A DNA stretch of 64,000 bases, taken from a virus. The notes below the pieces were generated by a model. That model was given only the letters and a program-made list of their open reading frames with translations, was not told the DNA's origin and did not search any database. Location: the IMG/VR virus record IMGVR_UViG_3300021963_000041, positions 1-64,000 of that record; one strand, given 5' to 3'. The translations under genes and the position numbers were made by a program. How positions within the stretch are numbered: position 1 is the first letter of the stretch; every line of letters starts with the position of its first letter. Below are positions 54,739 to 64,000 of this stretch, piece by piece.

Positions 54739-56106
54739 TCAAATTAACGTGTTTAATTCAGAAAATTTATTGGCCAAGGCTTTTCTTACTACCTCATCTT
54801 CATTCTGCATCAATTGCTTAGCTTCTTTACCCATTACTGTGTTTTCCGCATAGATATCAATCTTAGCTGTAGCCATATTCATCTTACTTGGGAAGGTCAA
54901 TCCATCTGGTCCGAATCGATTCTTGATAACGTGCCATCTACCAGTACCGCTAATCTTATCAGCCGTCTTACGAGATAGTGATACTACAAAGTCAGCAACC
55001 ATCACCTTAGCATACGATTCAGCAATCTTATCTGCTTCAATAACATCCTCTTCAAGAGCTGATCGGTTTGCTTGCGATGCTGTATACAAAGGTACTTGAT
55101 ATGTTCCAGCTAATCCACGCAACTCTTCATAAATGTTTCCTAGCATGATGTCATTTCGTACCGACCCCTTCACACCAGTATCTCTCAACAAGTCAGCGTA
55201 GTCAACAAGAACAACATCTGGTTTGATACCCTGCATGATACACTTATCTAGATGTGCTGATATTGTATTAACTGATGCAGTCTTAGTTGGGTAATACTTT
55301 ACAACTAACTTACCCTTAACTCCTTTGATAGCTTCAATAACCTCTTCCTGATGGTACTTTAAATCTTGAGAAGGAATACCTGAGTAGTGAGAGTCAAAGC
55401 GAGCTCCCACATAAGTCTCAGAAAGCTCTAGCGTGTAGTAAATAACATTCAGTCCTTTCTTAGCTGCATAAGCAGCAATGTTTACTAATGCCATCGACTT
55501 ACCAATACCAGCCGGAGCTACAAACACTCCCATCTCACCAGTACCCAATCCACCATCCATAATCTCATTAATCACATCCCACGGTGTCTCAATGGTGTTT
55601 CGTTTATTCTCAACAAAACGCAAAGCAATGTCATCAATGTAATCGTGACCGATATTCTTATCAGCACCTGCCTTCATTGCCTCATCAATACCACTTTTGA
55701 TCTCATCGTACTTCCCTGACTTGAGAAGTTCAACAGACTTCAGGATAGCTGCTTTTAGTTTTTGATTCTTACAAAAGTCTAGAGTCTTGTCTTTAATATA
55801 CTCACTATCTTCTGCATCTGCGAATTTCAAAACCTCTCGGATATTCTCTACAACGGTTGTTTTCAATAAGTCAATATCGACCTTATCCAACTCCACCTTC
55901 AACACCTCTAAAGTAGGTGGTGACTTGTATGTGTTAAAATATTCTAAGGTAGTCTTCGCAAGCCATTGAGCAGATTCAGATGAAAAGAATCGAGGATCGA
56001 TAATATCATGAACCTGCTGTAGGAAAGTTCTGTCTTTAATTAATATGGATAGGACTTTGTTTTGAAACGCTGATCCATAAAACTGTAATGTATCTTCTAC
56101 TTGCAT
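54739..56106 (-). CDS. dnaB: DnaB/gp41-like replicative helicase
   Basis: APAGIGKS, TLE, VDYAD, ASQANR and KNRFG; promoter 56111-56141 with ATG 4 nt downstream. Confidence 0.92.
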   Translation of the reverse strand: MQVEDTLQFYGSAFQNKVLSILIKDRTFLQQVHDIIDPRFFSSESAQWLAKTTLEYFNTYKSPPTLEVLKVELDKVDIDLLKTTVVENIREVLKFADAEDSEYIKDKTLDFCKNQKLKAAILKSVELLKSGKYDEIKSGIDEAMKAGADKNIGHDYIDDIALRFVENKRNTIETPWDVINEIMDGGLGTGEMGVFVAPAGIGKSMALVNIAAYAAKKGLNVIYYTLELSETYVGARFDSHYSGIPSQDLKYHQEEVIEAIKGVKGKLVVKYYPTKTASVNTISAHLDKCIMQGIKPDVVLVDYADLLRDTGVKGSVRNDIMLGNIYEELRGLAGTYQVPLYTASQANRSALEEDVIEADKIAESYAKVMVADFVVSLSRKTADKISGTGRWHVIKNRFGPDGLTFPSKMNMATAKIDIYAENTVMGKEAKQLMQNEDEVVRKALANKFSELNTLI

Positions 56107-56129
56107 ACTGTAACCTTACGAAATTTTTT

Positions 56130-57173
56130 CTAATCTTGCAAACAATATTGATCAAGTTTCGTAGTAGTTTCTCGTAGCCACAATTCGACGTTCTTTATTG
56201 CATTAGTCATACCGTCGAGCATAAGCATCTGGTGGAATTTGATCTTAGCCAACTTGTCGGTAGGCTGCTCCATCATATCCATGATCTTCATCTTACTGCT
56301 CGTGTTGATGTTACTAACTCCAAGCTGTACAATCTCAAAGTACAATCTTAGGTCAGCTTCTGCTTGAAGTACTTTATCGTATATCTTAGCTTTGCTTTGT
56401 GCTTGAAGCTCTCTTGTATATTCGATAAAGTCATCCACAGTCATTACGTCTGTTGCTATTTTAGGAAACTTGTCTAGTAACGTCTTTGTACCAACTCCAT
56501 TTACTCCAGGAATGTTATCACTATCATCTCCAGTCAACGCTCTATACAAAGCAAAGTTCTGAGGAATGATTCCATACTGCTCAACAACGTCATCTACATA
56601 ATACATCTGTTTTTTTGTCGGACTCCAGATATGTACACGGTTATCTACTAACTGCATAAAATCTTTATCCGATGACATGATGAATACCTGAGAATCTTTA
56701 TTTGCTAGGTAATCATTGGAAAGATATGCAATGACGTCATCAGCTTCAGCTCGATCAATAACAATAGTATTAACTGGCATGATATCCAAGTACTCTGTCA
56801 ATCGCATTAACTGCTGCAGTTGGTTATCTTCTTTATCGACTGTCTCAGATCGATTCAATCGAATCTTGACTTTACGGTTTCCTTTGTAATCAGGATACAG
56901 AGACCTTCTACGTGCAGAGCCATCCTTTCCATCAAACACTATCACCAACCGAGTTGGATTGATCGCTTTGATAGCATGACCTACACTAAGTAGAAATCCT
57001 GAGATTCCTCCTACATGCTCACCGTTAGTATTTGTAACCGGACTTGCGGCATAAGCTCGTATGAAAGTGTTGAGGCCGTCAACAATCAACACTCTTGAGT
57101 TTTTGTGAACGGCCTCACTTTCATTCTGTCGTAACTTGAGCTCGTTTATTAATGCTTGGTACTTATTTATCAT
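56130..57173 (-). CDS. 5'-3' exonuclease / RNase H (FEN family)
   Basis: IVDG.N, VFDG, YKGNR, EADD, SSDKDF.QL, GD.SDNIPGV.GVG.KT. Confidence 0.93.
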   Translation of the reverse strand: MINKYQALINELKLRQNESEAVHKNSRVLIVDGLNTFIRAYAASPVTNTNGEHVGGISGFLLSVGHAIKAINPTRLVIVFDGKDGSARRRSLYPDYKGNRKVKIRLNRSETVDKEDNQLQQLMRLTEYLDIMPVNTIVIDRAEADDVIAYLSNDYLANKDSQVFIMSSDKDFMQLVDNRVHIWSPTKKQMYYVDDVVEQYGIIPQNFALYRALTGDDSDNIPGVNGVGTKTLLDKFPKIATDVMTVDDFIEYTRELQAQSKAKIYDKVLQAEADLRLYFEIVQLGVSNINTSSKMKIMDMMEQPTDKLAKIKFHQMLMLDGMTNAIKNVELWLRETTTKLDQYCLQD

Positions 57174-58321
57174 TAGTCAGTTAGCTCTTCATCATCTACT
57201 GATATCTCGTCTGGATTGATGTGATCTTGATCACGATACTTCATAACGAAGATATTGCAGATTTTATTGTAACAATATTGTTTTAGATTTTCATCTTTTT
57301 CTAACATTCCTCTCCAATCTTTGGACATGAACTTAATCTCTTCACCAGTCTCTTCATTAACTAGAGTATAGTAAGCACCTGCTTGTTTTAGTGCTCCATA
57401 GTCTTTCATCAAAGATAACCAGCTATTGTAATCGTCAATACCAGAATTGAAGTAGATGTCAAATGTAGCTTTCTTGAATGGAGGTCCCATACGGTTCTTG
57501 ATAACCTGAGCTTCTGTCTGTACTCCAATGATTTGTTCAGTCTTTCCAGATCCACTTTTCAGTTTACCAACTCCCTTTAATCGAATGCGACAGCTTGCAT
57601 GGAAACCTAAAGCCTTACCACCTGATGTAGTGTACTTGTCTCCAAACATTACTCCCATCTTCTCACGCAACTGAGATGTACATAATAATAGTACTCTCTG
57701 CTTTGCAATGATGTTTGTAATCTTACGCATTGCTTTTGACATCAAGATAGCTTTTGTAGTAGCCCAACCATCTTTTTCATAGTCAGCATCTTGTTCCACT
57801 TTTGTGGTAGCTGCTGATACAGAATCCAATGCAATTGTTACTAATCTGTCTTTTGAACTTTTGCGAACTGTCTCGATAATATTCTCGATTGCTTCAAACG
57901 CATCTTCAATTGTCTCAAGTGGCACGTATAGCATGTTAGCAACATCTACACCTACTGCACGTAAGAACTCTTCACTCAATGCATTTTCAGTATCAATGTA
58001 AACCGCAAGTCCACCTTTCTTTTGCGTATTCGCTAGTGTATGAGCTACAATCAAACTCTTTCCTGAAGCTTCCATACCCTGAAGTTCAACAATACGACCT
58101 ACTGGAAATCCACCATCAGGTCTGTTTGAGATTGCCAGGTCTAACAGAGAGGAGCCGGTACCGACCCACTCTGTTAAATCTGTTGGAGTTTCTTCCTCAC
58201 CACTTAGGAAATGCGCAGCCTTAAAGTCTTTGAACTTTTTGTTTAAGCTATCCGCTAGTAAGGAAGCTAGTTCGTCCCTTCCCGAAATTTCATCGGGTGT
58301 CTTATTAGTCTGCTTTGCCAT
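57173..58321 (-). CDS. recA: RecA/UvsX recombinase
   Basis: G.EASGKS, YIDTE, DSV, QLREK.G..FG, GG.AL.F, KNR. Confidence 0.95.
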   Translation of the reverse strand: MAKQTNKTPDEISGRDELASLLADSLNKKFKDFKAAHFLSGEEETPTDLTEWVGTGSSLLDLAISNRPDGGFPVGRIVELQGMEASGKSLIVAHTLANTQKKGGLAVYIDTENALSEEFLRAVGVDVANMLYVPLETIEDAFEAIENIIETVRKSSKDRLVTIALDSVSAATTKVEQDADYEKDGWATTKAILMSKAMRKITNIIAKQRVLLLCTSQLREKMGVMFGDKYTTSGGKALGFHASCRIRLKGVGKLKSGSGKTEQIIGVQTEAQVIKNRMGPPFKKATFDIYFNSGIDDYNSWLSLMKDYGALKQAGAYYTLVNEETGEEIKFMSKDWRGMLEKDENLKQYCYNKICNIFVMKYRDQDHINPDEISVDDEELTD

Positions 58322-58326
58322 AAGTT

Positions 58327-59106
58327 TTAGGTATTAAATAGTGAGTCAAATGCTGAAGTGATGTCGTCTGCTTTAGTAGCAGTAGTTGCTCCAGTGATTG
58401 CAGCAGCTGGCTTAGTACCATCTGTAGCTGTTTCACTTGAAGGGTCTAACCACTTCTGCAAAGCCTCAGTCATTTCTTCGTAGCTCAATTCTGTAAACAA
58501 CTCTGTGATGTTCTTTTGGTTGTTTACAATCATCTCTGCAACTTCTTTATCAGTTGTTGCTGGAGTTGTGTTTGGTTTCACACGTACTGTGAATGATGGG
58601 AAGGCTCCCTCTTTCTCTGCAGCAACGTGCTCTACAGTCAAGTCACGACCATTCATTAAGTCTGTGATATCACCATAATCTGGGTCAGCAATTACAGATA
58701 ACAACTCTGTGTAGATTTGCTTACCGAATGACCAGAACTTAACACCTTCATGTTCTGCACCACGTACAATAACTGGTACATACACTCGGAATTTAGGTTC
58801 GATCTTTTTTCCCAACTTCCAATCGTCTTTATCTCCAGACTTCTTCAACTTCTCAGCAAACTCAACAATAGGATCAGGTCGGCCATAAGAAACCGGTGAT
58901 ACCATTGTGCGCTTCCCAATCTCGTAGTGGAAGTACATTTCAATGAAAGGATTGTTTTTGTCGTGTGCGTAGGGTACGATACGTACTTGGGATTTTCCTA
59001 CTGGTGGTTTCCAAAGAAACTCGTTTGCTTTGTTTCCACCCCCGCCAGTGCTGGCTTGTTGCATAGCTTGCAGCTTTGCTTTGATTGCGTCTAGATTGAT
59101 CGCCAT
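58327..59106 (-). CDS. gp32-like single-stranded DNA-binding protein
   Basis: WKP..G...VRI.P, DPI, YGDITD...GRD, acidic tail ending FDSLF. Confidence 0.8.
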   Translation of the reverse strand: MAINLDAIKAKLQAMQQASTGGGGNKANEFLWKPPVGKSQVRIVPYAHDKNNPFIEMYFHYEIGKRTMVSPVSYGRPDPIVEFAEKLKKSGDKDDWKLGKKIEPKFRVYVPVIVRGAEHEGVKFWSFGKQIYTELLSVIADPDYGDITDLMNGRDLTVEHVAAEKEGAFPSFTVRVKPNTTPATTDKEVAEMIVNNQKNITELFTELSYEEMTEALQKWLDPSSETATDGTKPAAAITGATTATKADDITSAFDSLFNT

Positions 59107-59146
59107 AACATTGTTTGTTTTTAATTGTTTAACTTAATTGACTCTT

Positions 59147-59264
59147 CGAATATAGGGAACTTTTCTTAAACTGACAACTACGTGCCTAAACTTTTTTAAA
59201 TCCTCCCTGGACTCTTATAGCCTTACCTGTTATATAATATACGCAACCTTTCTCGATTAAGCAA
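59147..59264 (-). promoter_or_regulatory. Tandem promoters upstream of SSB (59147-59177 and 59234-59264)
   Basis: TTG-N20-TATATTCG and TTG-N20-TATATTAT. Confidence 0.65.
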
Positions 59265-59265
59265 C

Positions 59266-59646
59266 TTATACTGCTAGCTCTTTTATTTGAATCATCTTGC
59301 AGTTGAACTCGCCATCAGCTAAAAGGAGTGTGTCCTTGTAGTTTGGCCATTCGATCGCAAACGACTTATCTAGTACGCCGTTATTTAGAACTCTAATTAA
59401 GCTGTTAAGTGCATTAATGCTATAAAAGGTATTTGTATCTTTCTTTCTGTTTATCGATATCGTATCTTTCAATCTTCTTTCGCTAGTCGATACGTTGTAT
59501 ACACAAATCACGTTGTTAGGTACCTGGACATAGGAATACACCTTCATGTTAGAAACATCGTCAGCGTTATACGCTTTGTATATCTGACCAATGCTAACAG
59601 TAAGTTTATCTACGTACGTGAATGTGCACAATAATTGTGGTCTCAT
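59266..59646 (-). CDS. Conserved phage hypothetical protein
   Basis: QLLCTF, RKK.TNT.YSINALN motif. Confidence 0.7.
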   Translation of the reverse strand: MRPQLLCTFTYVDKLTVSIGQIYKAYNADDVSNMKVYSYVQVPNNVICVYNVSTSERRLKDTISINRKKDTNTFYSINALNSLIRVLNNGVLDKSFAIEWPNYKDTLLLADGEFNCKMIQIKELAV

Positions 59647-59649
59647 TTG

Positions 59650-59892
59650 TTACTTCTTCTCTATCGCGTCAATCTGCTGTTTGAGTTTTGCAATCTCAGC
59701 ATCATTTTGTGCAGCTTTTTTATCTAGGTCCGCTTTCTTTTGTTTTAACGCTGCCACCTTTTGATCATCCGCAGCATTAGTAGTTGACTCAAGTTCATTC
59801 AATCTTTTGAACTTAATTTTATTCTCGCGTAAGTATGCTTCAAGCTCCTTGCGGATCAAGCTTTCTAATACGTCCAACTGTCCTTTTGCCAT
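59650..59892 (-). CDS. Coiled-coil protein
   Basis: 80 aa heptad repeats, after TATTTATT motif. Confidence 0.6.
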   Translation of the reverse strand: MAKGQLDVLESLIRKELEAYLRENKIKFKRLNELESTTNAADDQKVAALKQKKADLDKKAAQNDAEIAKLKQQIDAIEKK

Positions 59893-59926
59893 GATATCTT
59901 TTGCTAATAAATATCACGAGTTGGGA

Positions 59927-61228
59927 TTAAACGCTAAGGTTTTTGTAAGTGGTACCGTGCTTTATCTTGATTGGGAACTTCTCGAGATCAATTGCTTGAG
60001 GGATAACTTCCTCCAACAACCACGGAATCTGATCTGCTGGTGTATCGAATAGAATACTATCGTATGTGTATAGTACTGGCTTTACCTCACTATTCTCCAA
60101 TAGCTTATGCATCTTATTTAAGATAAGTACGTTTGTCTCAGTCTCATACATCTGCACAAAGTAATTGAATAATGTATATAAGGTTATGTCCTGATAATTG
60201 CTTAGTATCAGTCTTCTACCTGATATTGGACTTTCAATGTAGCCATCCTCCTCAGCCTTACTCCATAGATACTTTGCCATGTCGTTTGTCTTACTAAAGA
60301 ATGGAATGTGTAGGTATTGTTGTTGGATACCGCCATACAATTGTCTGAAGGTTCCTTCCTTAGCTTCTTCAATCTGTTCCTGAGTTGGATTATCTGTGTT
60401 ATGATAGTGACACGCTAAGTGTTCATATACATTATCGCTACCAAAGTCATAACCAATAATCTGAGCAATCAATCTTGGGTGATAAGAGTTAAAGTCAATC
60501 TCTACTAACGTACCTGGATCATATCTCGTTTGAAATACTGCTCTTGTCTCATCTTCTTTATTCAATGCTGCAAAGTTGATTCCACCAAAGCGATTACTAG
60601 GTCTTCCCGTTGTTGTGTAGAAGTTGTACTGAGTGTAGCAATACTCCTTATTCAGACTTAATGTTTGTCCAAACCGTTCTACAAACTTATCACGATTGAC
60701 ATTGATACCATTACTTTCTATACGATAGAAGGCCTCAGCTAATTCGTTTTGATAGAAGCTTAAACCAGGTTGAGTAATTTTAACCCAACTATCTTCGAAG
60801 ATTGATAATGCAATCTCTTCATGCTTGTATAGAGGTACTAAACTATTGACCTTATAGAAGTTTTGGTATTGTCTATTGTAGTGGTTTATGATAGTTGGTG
60901 TATCAGGTGTATATGGTTGGTTGGTATATAGGTAATACTGCATATTGCAATCTATAAATTGAGATACATCATAACCTACATATCTCATGCTCATACAGTT
61001 ATAGCAATATACTTTACGATCTTTTAGAAAGGATAGGTCATTGGAATTGTAGATGCCTTCAGGGTGTCCGTTGCTGATTGTTATAGTGTTACGGGTGTCC
61101 GTATCAATCAACACAAAACCAATAATCTTATTGAAGTGGTTGTGTAATCTACTATCCTCCACAATAGGATATAGGAATACAGACTGAGCTGTAAAATCCT
61201 GTAACTGCTGAATAGTATCCATAACCAT
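59927..61228 (-). CDS. Second, minimal family-A DNA polymerase-like protein
   Basis: TTTGRPSN, motif A IDFNSYHPR, motif B AKEGTFRQLYG, motif C TYDS; only 433 aa with a degenerate exonuclease region. Confidence 0.8.
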   Translation of the reverse strand: MVMDTIQQLQDFTAQSVFLYPIVEDSRLHNHFNKIIGFVLIDTDTRNTITISNGHPEGIYNSNDLSFLKDRKVYCYNCMSMRYVGYDVSQFIDCNMQYYLYTNQPYTPDTPTIINHYNRQYQNFYKVNSLVPLYKHEEIALSIFEDSWVKITQPGLSFYQNELAEAFYRIESNGINVNRDKFVERFGQTLSLNKEYCYTQYNFYTTTGRPSNRFGGINFAALNKEDETRAVFQTRYDPGTLVEIDFNSYHPRLIAQIIGYDFGSDNVYEHLACHYHNTDNPTQEQIEEAKEGTFRQLYGGIQQQYLHIPFFSKTNDMAKYLWSKAEEDGYIESPISGRRLILSNYQDITLYTLFNYFVQMYETETNVLILNKMHKLLENSEVKPVLYTYDSILFDTPADQIPWLLEEVIPQAIDLEKFPIKIKHGTTYKNLSV

Positions 61229-61259
61229 ATGGACAACTATACGTAACTTATTTCAATTA

Positions 61260-61832
61260 TCAAACTAAAGTGATACGGGCAAACTCTAAAAAGTTTCGAA
61301 CTGCATAGTTTACACTAGGTACTCGGAGAGATGCTTTGTATAGCTCCATCTCATTGTGTGATATAATGTCCGACCTTTTGCCAGTCAACTTCCACCGAAC
61401 TACAACCGACGGATATAAACCACCATCAATTCCACCCCTCTTTCCAATAAGGTTGTATTGATCTTGATTAATTTCTATTGCATAACTCATGTCATCCTCA
61501 AGCTTCTCAACAAAGTATCTGTTATCATACCCTACAGTATAATCTTGTTCAGTAGGTATGTAGAGGTATGGTTTTGGTTCTACGTAGTTTAAAACAGTGA
61601 CATCAAAATTCTTTAAACGATCATATACGTAGTGGTCTGGATTAGTGTACAGTCTCTGCAACACACGATTACCAGGATTAGCAACTGGTCCCGTCTTAGG
61701 AACAGACCCAATAAGATGATATTCACCAACATATTCAACACCATCCAAACTAAACTCACCACCCTTCGTATAGAGATGGGTGTTGTCATTTCGACCTGGT
61801 GAAAATTCGCTGACTCTTCTATTGACTGCCAT
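61260..61832 (-). CDS. Putative baseplate-associated protein
   Basis: LYTKGGEF...EYVGEYH; coupled to the upstream structural gene. Confidence 0.5.
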   Translation of the reverse strand: MAVNRRVSEFSPGRNDNTHLYTKGGEFSLDGVEYVGEYHLIGSVPKTGPVANPGNRVLQRLYTNPDHYVYDRLKNFDVTVLNYVEPKPYLYIPTEQDYTVGYDNRYFVEKLEDDMSYAIEINQDQYNLIGKRGGIDGGLYPSVVVRWKLTGKRSDIISHNEMELYKASLRVPSVNYAVRNFLEFARITLV

Positions 61833-63799
61833 TACTTATATCTCATTACTGTGTTTACTGTAGTAGTCCAATCGTTTGCTGTGATGCTATGCTCTACAGC
61901 TGTAACTTGCCAATCGTAAGCGCTTCTCACTTCGGATGGAATACGATCACTAGATACCATCTGACCAAAGGAGAAACCACCAATCCCATCTGTTGTGAAG
62001 CTAAACTCAAATGGAACAATCATACCTTTGCAATGATCATCGTCGCCAGCATTTACAGATTTTCCATAAGCTTCAATGATAGCCGACCTTGCAGCTGATG
62101 CTGTTGTGTCATTTACCTCCTCACCAAGATTATCAAACAATTCGGCAAACGAAGGTTTCTTTTCATTTGGTGCAGCTCCCTCACAATCACACTTTGGTGG
62201 ATCTGTTGCCGGTGGTGCTGCTAAATTCTTGTAACTGTTTCCCATTGTAAATCCTTTCAACGCATTTGCTCCACAGTTTCCTCCGGACTCTGTTTTTGCC
62301 TTTTGTTGTTTAGATCCACCCGCATACAGTGCCTGAGTTTTCATATTCTCAGTCATCTTCATATCCAGTTTCATTTCACGTAACGCAGAAGCCTTACCAC
62401 CAATGGCTTTTGATGGTACTTGATAAGCTGGAGCTGGATCATAGATTTTTGCATCTATCACAGAGATGGTTGGTACTTTCTTTGGGTCTGAGCAATCCTC
62501 ACTAGTAGACACTACTTCAAACTCCCACAAGTTTCCACAACAATCGTTAATTTTTCTCAATACGTTTTGTAGGAATGTCGTTAGTTTTGGATCGCCTCCA
62601 CTTTCAACAGAATCCAATTCAAGCATAAGAAAAACCGTATTAATCATTATGTTATCTAGTATAACCTTATTCCCCTGAATAGCTGACGCTCCTCCTCCTC
62701 CAACTGGTTTAGCTATTGTGCTGGCTTTGGACGTACCTGGAATAATACAAATTCTTGGGTCTGATGATTCTAAACTTGGGTGATTTGATATTAGCATGTC
62801 ATTGCTCGAAAGCTTTCCAATAGTGTATTTACCTCCCGTTGTAGGAATACAAAATCTATTAATTGCCGCTTCTAGTGTGGCATACGATATGTATCCTTCT
62901 GTAGCGTCAACCTCATTACCTATGACAGCACCAACTAGACCACCCTCGTACCAGCTAGAATCATCACCACCCTTATCTGTACGTTGTGGACCTAAATAGT
63001 TGTATTGTGCTATTACAGCAGTCTTACCATCTTGGCTTGCAACAGTTTGCAGGCCTGGCAAATACTTAGGTTTAGCTGTTTCAAAGTTTTCCCACAAATC
63101 ATGAAAAAACGTATACAAATCTGACTTATTTTCTACAGCGCTTTTTTCTTCTCCGTTTTCTTCGTTTTTATATTCTCGAGCACAATCTGGGCAATTATAT
63201 GTTGCTACCTTACTTCCACCAACAGCCTCTGATGCAGCTATCACCTCAATACTACAATCCCAAGTATTATCCCTAGTTAAGCTATATGAGAAGTTTGCTA
63301 CAATTCCTTGAATACCTGCGTAGTGTGTTTGTGATTCTGCTCGCTTATTCATTGCGCAAATTGCAATTGGATCGGCTGTATCCCTTCCTAGACCAATTGG
63401 ACCTAAACTCTTTGTTCCAGCTGCATCCACATTCCATCCCCATTCAACTCTACAACCCATTCCAGGAATAAAGTAGCATTTTTGCAACTCCCTAAGCTGA
63501 TCGTCTGAGAATGCTGTTAGCTTAATTGTAGCTTTTCGTGTTGTACCCAACTCACCTTGCTTTTTAACATCAACACCAGTTACTACTGGAAGTGGTCGAA
63601 CATAATTTGTTTCATAAAGAGGTCCGTTAGCTTTACTCGATAGTGTTACAAATTTACCGCCACAACCACCCGACAAGCTAGTGACATGAATCCATGGCAT
63701 GCGTTTTGCAGCCCAGGTAACACCCAACTGTGTACCACGACGATCAAGCTCAGCCTGCGTTGATCCAGGCACTGATTTTTTTCCAAAGGGACTACCCAT
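61832..63799 (-). CDS. Putative baseplate hub/tail protein
   Basis: PG...VEWGW, GIV.NFSY and V..VEH.I....WTT pattern; follows a LysM baseplate gene. Confidence 0.55.
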   Translation of the reverse strand: MGSPFGKKSVPGSTQAELDRRGTQLGVTWAAKRMPWIHVTSLSGGCGGKFVTLSSKANGPLYETNYVRPLPVVTGVDVKKQGELGTTRKATIKLTAFSDDQLRELQKCYFIPGMGCRVEWGWNVDAAGTKSLGPIGLGRDTADPIAICAMNKRAESQTHYAGIQGIVANFSYSLTRDNTWDCSIEVIAASEAVGGSKVATYNCPDCAREYKNEENGEEKSAVENKSDLYTFFHDLWENFETAKPKYLPGLQTVASQDGKTAVIAQYNYLGPQRTDKGGDDSSWYEGGLVGAVIGNEVDATEGYISYATLEAAINRFCIPTTGGKYTIGKLSSNDMLISNHPSLESSDPRICIIPGTSKASTIAKPVGGGGASAIQGNKVILDNIMINTVFLMLELDSVESGGDPKLTTFLQNVLRKINDCCGNLWEFEVVSTSEDCSDPKKVPTISVIDAKIYDPAPAYQVPSKAIGGKASALREMKLDMKMTENMKTQALYAGGSKQQKAKTESGGNCGANALKGFTMGNSYKNLAAPPATDPPKCDCEGAAPNEKKPSFAELFDNLGEEVNDTTASAARSAIIEAYGKSVNAGDDDHCKGMIVPFEFSFTTDGIGGFSFGQMVSSDRIPSEVRSAYDWQVTAVEHSITANDWTTTVNTVMRYK

Positions 63800-63803
63800 A
63801 ACC

Positions 63804-64000
63804 TTAACTATTTAATGTTTCGTATTCTTGAATGATTGTCGCTATGTTTCTTGGTATTCTTAATTGTATGCCTATTGGTAAATTTAGATCACCCTTTCCA
63901 ACTTCGTTAGCTTGTGCAATAATCCACCAGTAGCCTACATTGCCATAGTACTTGTTAGATAATAAATCCAACCTATCACCAATAGTGGTGATTATATACG
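63804..64000 (-). CDS. LysM-domain baseplate wedge protein (gp53/gpX-like), partial
   Basis: Manual translation YIITTIGDRLDLLSNKYYGNVGYWWIIAQAN...GIQLRIP. Confidence 0.8.
   Translation of the reverse strand, partial: YIITTIGDRLDLLSNKYYGNVGYWWIIAQANEVGKGDLNLPIGIQLRIPRNIATIIQEYETLNS

Noticed and set aside
40614-58321. Inteins or introns in PolA, NrdJ, DnaB, RecA
   Set aside because: ORFs are continuous and of normal length, with no splice-junction or LAGLIDADG motifs.
58322-59195. Third ORF-enclosing stem around SSB (AAGUUUAGG vs CCUAAAACUU)
   Set aside because: Only ~9 AU-rich pairs with a bulge and no U-tract; plausible by chance.
1108-63471. Plus-strand ORFs in the track (e.g. 52404..52928, 33830..34165)
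   Set aside because: Antisense shadows of clear minus-strand genes, with no recognisable motifs or promoters.

Overview
64-kb segment of a large tailed dsDNA phage; the LysM/baseplate-like genes at the right end suggest a myovirus. The host is very probably a Bacteroidota: about 20 TTG-N20-TAnnTTnn promoters, almost no Shine-Dalgarno sequences, and signal peptides followed by Gln. All credible genes are on the minus strand and use the standard genetic code. In transcription order (right to left): baseplate genes; a second, minimal family-A polymerase; a replication/recombination block (SSB, RecA, 5'-3' exonuclease, DnaB); class II RNR, dUTPase and ferritin; a 7-deazaguanine cluster (QueD, QueE, FolE, DpdL-like, DpdA-like) that also holds a nucleotide kinase and a second dUTPase-fold protein; DNA polymerase A; Hsp20-GroES-GroEL; a Cas4-like nuclease and an M15 peptidase; a ~14-kb nucleotide-sugar/glycosyltransferase cluster containing FabH; a secreted nuclease, UvsE, four tRNAs and thyA; an orphan PvuII-like endonuclease; and an RNA end-healing/ligation block with thioredoxin. 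Most notable: (i) the predicted 7-deazaguanine (dDG) pathway with possible nucleotide-pool-level accessory enzymes, potentially paired with the orphan restriction enzyme; (ii) two ORFs whose 5' and 3' UTRs are complementary, clamping the whole gene in a long stem followed by a U-tract; (iii) systematic leaderless promoters plus a second TATTTATA promoter class. All calls come from reading motifs by eye; no database search was run.
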